Assembly: GCA_965178125.1 (NCBI GenBank)
Contig: OZ237763.1
Location: 496,001-560,000 of the forward strand
DNA: 64,000 nt
Direction of reading: 5' to 3'
From: Bilabrum cf. latius
Taxonomy: Eukaryota
Positions within the stretch are counted from its first letter, which is position 1; each line of letters opens with the position of its first letter. The notes beneath the pieces were generated by a model that was not told the origin of the DNA, ran no database searches, and saw nothing but the letters and a program-made list of their open reading frames with translations. The position numbers and the translations under genes are program-made. Shown piece after piece: positions 61,101 through 64,000 of this stretch.

Positions 61101-63097
61101 AGGCGCTGGAGCTGGCTCGCCTGGCCAACGACGGCGGTCCGACGATCGCGCTGCAGCAGCGGATCGACGAGTACAGGGCCCGCATCAGGGAGCTCAAGGA
61201 CGAGCTGGACACGGAGAGGAGCGCCAGCAAGAAAGAGCTGGAGCGTCTGCAGTCCCAGCTGAGGAAGTCAAGGGCGAGGCAGGCGGCCAGCAAGAGGCAG
61301 GCGGAAGAGTCGGAGCGCAAGATGCGGGACGCGCTGGACGACACGAGCGCGTCGTATTCGAGACAGGTCGCCTCCGTGATAGCCCAGTCCCAGATCGCGG
61401 TGTCTAGGGAACACAAACTCGTGTCTAAGGTTCCTGACGAGCTCAGAGTGTCCAGTGAGGCGCTACATACGGCTGAGAGGCTGCGGCAGGAGGCCCGAGC
61501 CCAGGAGGAGCAAAAAAGGACGCAGGAGGTCTCGAGGGCCACTCTCGCGGCGCAGGCGGAGCTGCAGCTCAAGGCCTCCCAGAGCAGGCTGGCGCTCAGG
61601 GGGCTTGAACAGAAGGTAAGGGAGGTGGAGAATGGCAAGCAGGAGGCCGAGCAAGCCAGGGAGCAGACGGAGAAGACGATCGCACAGGAGCTCAAGGCTG
61701 CGTGGAGGTATGCCGCGGGCCTCGCTGCCACCATTGATGACATCGAGGCGGGGCGGGCCCCCGTGAAGATCGACACGACGGGTCGGCGCTCGTTCGTCGT
61801 GAGGCGAGCCGCACTGCCGCCCAACCCGATGGCCACCTTGCCCGGAGGCATGCCGTACCTGCGCAAGCTGCTGGATGACGACTTCAAGGCGACGGGATCG
61901 AGGGGAGGAGGAGGAGGAGGAGGAGAGAACCAGAACGGTACAAGGCACGATGCGCCGTGGACGCTGAGCCGCAGCATGCGTGGCACAACCAAGACCAGGC
62001 AGGTGCCCAGGGCGCAGAGCGCTGCGTCAATCGGGACGAGCGGGCGTGCTGGCGACAGCAGGGGCCAGGGGTTCGGAGGTAGCGGAGCCCTGACCGGCAG
62101 CGCGGGGCGGCTGCCACTCCTGGACGCATCTGCAGGAAGGGTCGCGTTTGGAAGTGGCGACCAGGCCGGTGCCATTGCCCGGGCTATGCGGGATGGGTCG
62201 GGGGCGGGATCCGGTGCTGGCGCGTTTGCGGAGGATCGGGAGAACGAGCTGGGCGGCAGGCTACCTGATCCGGACCTTGGACCTGGGGTTCCAACTCCGG
62301 CGGAGAGGCCCCCGCCGTCTCCCAACAGCAGTGCCGGGCGAGGGAAGCCCCGGGGCGGCAGCAAGGTGATCGGGTGGGAGGGGGTCGGGCACGGGACCGG
62401 TGCGCTTGAGGCAGCGGGTGAGGGCAGGCCGCTGCACTCCCAGCCCAGCAACCACTCCTCTGTGCTCAAGGGCATCGAGCAGCAGCTGCAGCACCAAGAG
62501 AGGGAGAAGGAGAGGGGGGGCGAGAGCAAGACGTCGCTTGGCAGTGGTTCCAGCCGCCCCGCGTCTGGACTCTCTCTTCCTCCTGGCACGAGGCCGAGGA
62601 CTAGCTCGGGAGTGCATAGGCAAGGCCATGGGCAGGGGCAGGGGTACGGGGGCTCCTCAGGGGGCGACGGCTGGGGAACGGGCACTGCCATTGGCGCGCT
62701 TGAAAACCAGTTGGGGATACGTGAAGGGGGCAGGCAGCAGCCCAGCATGGCGAGTGGGGCTAGCAGCGGTAGCAGAAGGCTCCACGGATCCTTGGGCAGC
62801 CGCGATGATGGGGGTGAGGGCATGGTGATCGCGGGTGGCAGGCAGCCGTCCCCTTCGCCCATGTCGAGTGCGAGAGAGCTGCGGAACCGAGAGATCGCCG
62901 CGGCGCGCGCGGCGAGAGCTCGGCTGGAGGCACGGGCGAGAGGATCAGGGAACAACCCAGGGAACAGGCGGGTGCAGCATCCTGGAATGCACCAAAGGTC
63001 CGTTGGGTCTCTCGGGAGCGCCAGCGGCAGCAGGGGCGGTGGTGGGGCCTTGCACGGGCTCGCCGATCTGAGCAGCTCCAGTGGGTTCCGCGGGTGA
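58137..63097 (+). CDS. Kinesin-family motor protein (N-terminal motor, coiled coil, disordered tail)
   Basis: AVK|VYVRMRP, FAYG[TAG 58641]TGSGKTYTMFG, GVIPR, VSFLEIY, MNEVSSRSH, LVDLAGSER, HVPYRDSKLTRVLQ. Introns 58212-58310, 58407-58496, 58706-58860; TAG 60155 joins ORF 60182..63097; ends TGA. Confidence 0.95.
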
Positions 63098-63414
63098 TGA
63101 CGAGTGTCACGCACATTGACCTGCGTAACGTGGGGCTATGCGGTCGTGCGTGCGGTCTGCTTGGGTGCTGCTTGGGTGCTGCTTGGGCGGCTGTGCTATC
63201 CAGGTTGAACCGAAAACAGTGTTGTTTATGTGTGCTCAATGCGCCCGGTGTTCCGGTTTTGCAGCGCGAAATTCGATCGCAACCACTCTCTCGGGCCCAT
63301 AGGCAGCTTGGACTGTCCATGCATCGAGCATTCGCTCGAAGTGGTGCAAGGCCACGGGCTGGGCTTGGCAGGGCTTGTCCAAGCCAGGCCCGTGAACCGA
63401 GAACCAAGCTCCGA

Positions 63415-63999
63415 TCACGACTCCATGGGAGCGCTGGCCCCTCCAGTTGCTGCCGCTGCTGCTGCTGCCACAGCGTGCGCCTCTGCCAGCTCGCGCGCCG
63501 CCTCTGGGCCCTCCTTGAGGCCGGATGCCTTTGCCATTGCGACCAGGTCGGCATGTTCCAGGGAGAGGCTCGGCGCCGAGCCGGTTGCAGCGCTGCTGCT
63601 CGAAGTTGTGGATTCGGCTTGAAATCCAGTTCCTGCTGGCCCCGACGGGCCCCACTCGCCCCCCTTCATGCGAAGGAAGTTCGCCACGATGCGGTGGCCG
63701 TGCTCCGTAGCGACAGATTCGGGGTGAAACTGAACCCCTTCCATCACGTACTTTTTGTGGCGGACCCCCTGGATAATACCCCTGTCCGTTCGCGCAGTTA
63801 TGACCAAGCTATCTGACGGAAAAGTGCCCAGGGTCCCAGCTAAGGAATGGTAGCGAATGGCACGCATGCCCTGCGGTACCTCTGCGAACAAACCACGGCC
63901 ATCGTGTGTCATGACTGACTACTTTCCGTGCTTAATCTCCCCTGCAAATTCCACTTTGCCCCCGTATACCTCATACATGGATTGGCAGCCCAGGCAAAC
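63415..63999 (-). CDS. Class I glutamine amidotransferase domain, anthranilate/aminodeoxychorismate synthase component II-like (5' end outside the window)
   Basis: VCLGCQ, GEIKHGK[TAG]SVMTHDG, RYHSL, EGVQFHPES; ends TGA after an Ala/Ser-rich tail. Confidence 0.9.
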
Positions 64000-64000
64000 G

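Noticed and set aside
60991-63114. 707-aa antisense ORF and similar long antisense ORFs opposite the HECT, kinase and CDF genes
   Set aside because: Expected shadows of GC-rich coding sequence, with no motifs of their own.
1-64000. Mass pseudogenisation or sequencing error as the cause of internal stops
   Set aside because: Interruptions are exclusively TAG, no frameshifts were found over multi-kb ORFs, and catalytic motifs are intact.
1-64000. Recoded phage or prokaryote (table 15 phage), or pyrrolysine use
   Set aside because: Spliceosomal introns and eukaryote-type genes are present; TAG falls on Gln columns; no pyl genes are seen.
1-64000. Endogenous virophage/Polinton or transposon insertion
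   Set aside because: No integrase, reverse transcriptase, capsid or pPolB motifs, terminal inverted repeats or extended low-GC island were recognised.

Overview
Compact, GC-rich eukaryotic nuclear DNA with GT-AG spliceosomal introns and eukaryote-type genes (kinesin, HECT E3, NBAS/Sec39, NAK kinase). The style resembles a heterotrophic protist such as a bicosoecid stramenopile, but that is inference only. The main result is a non-standard nuclear genetic code: nearly every gene is interrupted by in-frame TAG codons, and reading them as Gln joins the fragmented ORF track into about 15 coherent genes. TAG occupies the conserved Gln of the kinesin P-loop (FAYG[Q]TGSGKT) and of the CDF transporter C-terminal motif (GEAL[Q]..LE...VERAYVHLDY). 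All inferred gene ends are TGA (11) or TAA (4), so UAG=Gln while UAA and UGA remain stops. This recovers a ~14.9 kb HECT ligase ORF and a ~11.4 kb NBAS/Sec39-like ORF arranged head-to-head. Other notable items: a 154-bp satellite built from the 3' end of the adjacent tRNA-Pro(AGG); a DOMON-cytochrome b561 protein with a long Cys-rich repeat stalk; a 1632-bp tandem duplication creating a chimeric ankyrin gene whose C-terminal module is shared with an LRR gene 30 kb away; and a divergent SMC protein. All coordinates, splice sites and codon counts were read by hand, and family assignments come from motif recognition, not database searches.
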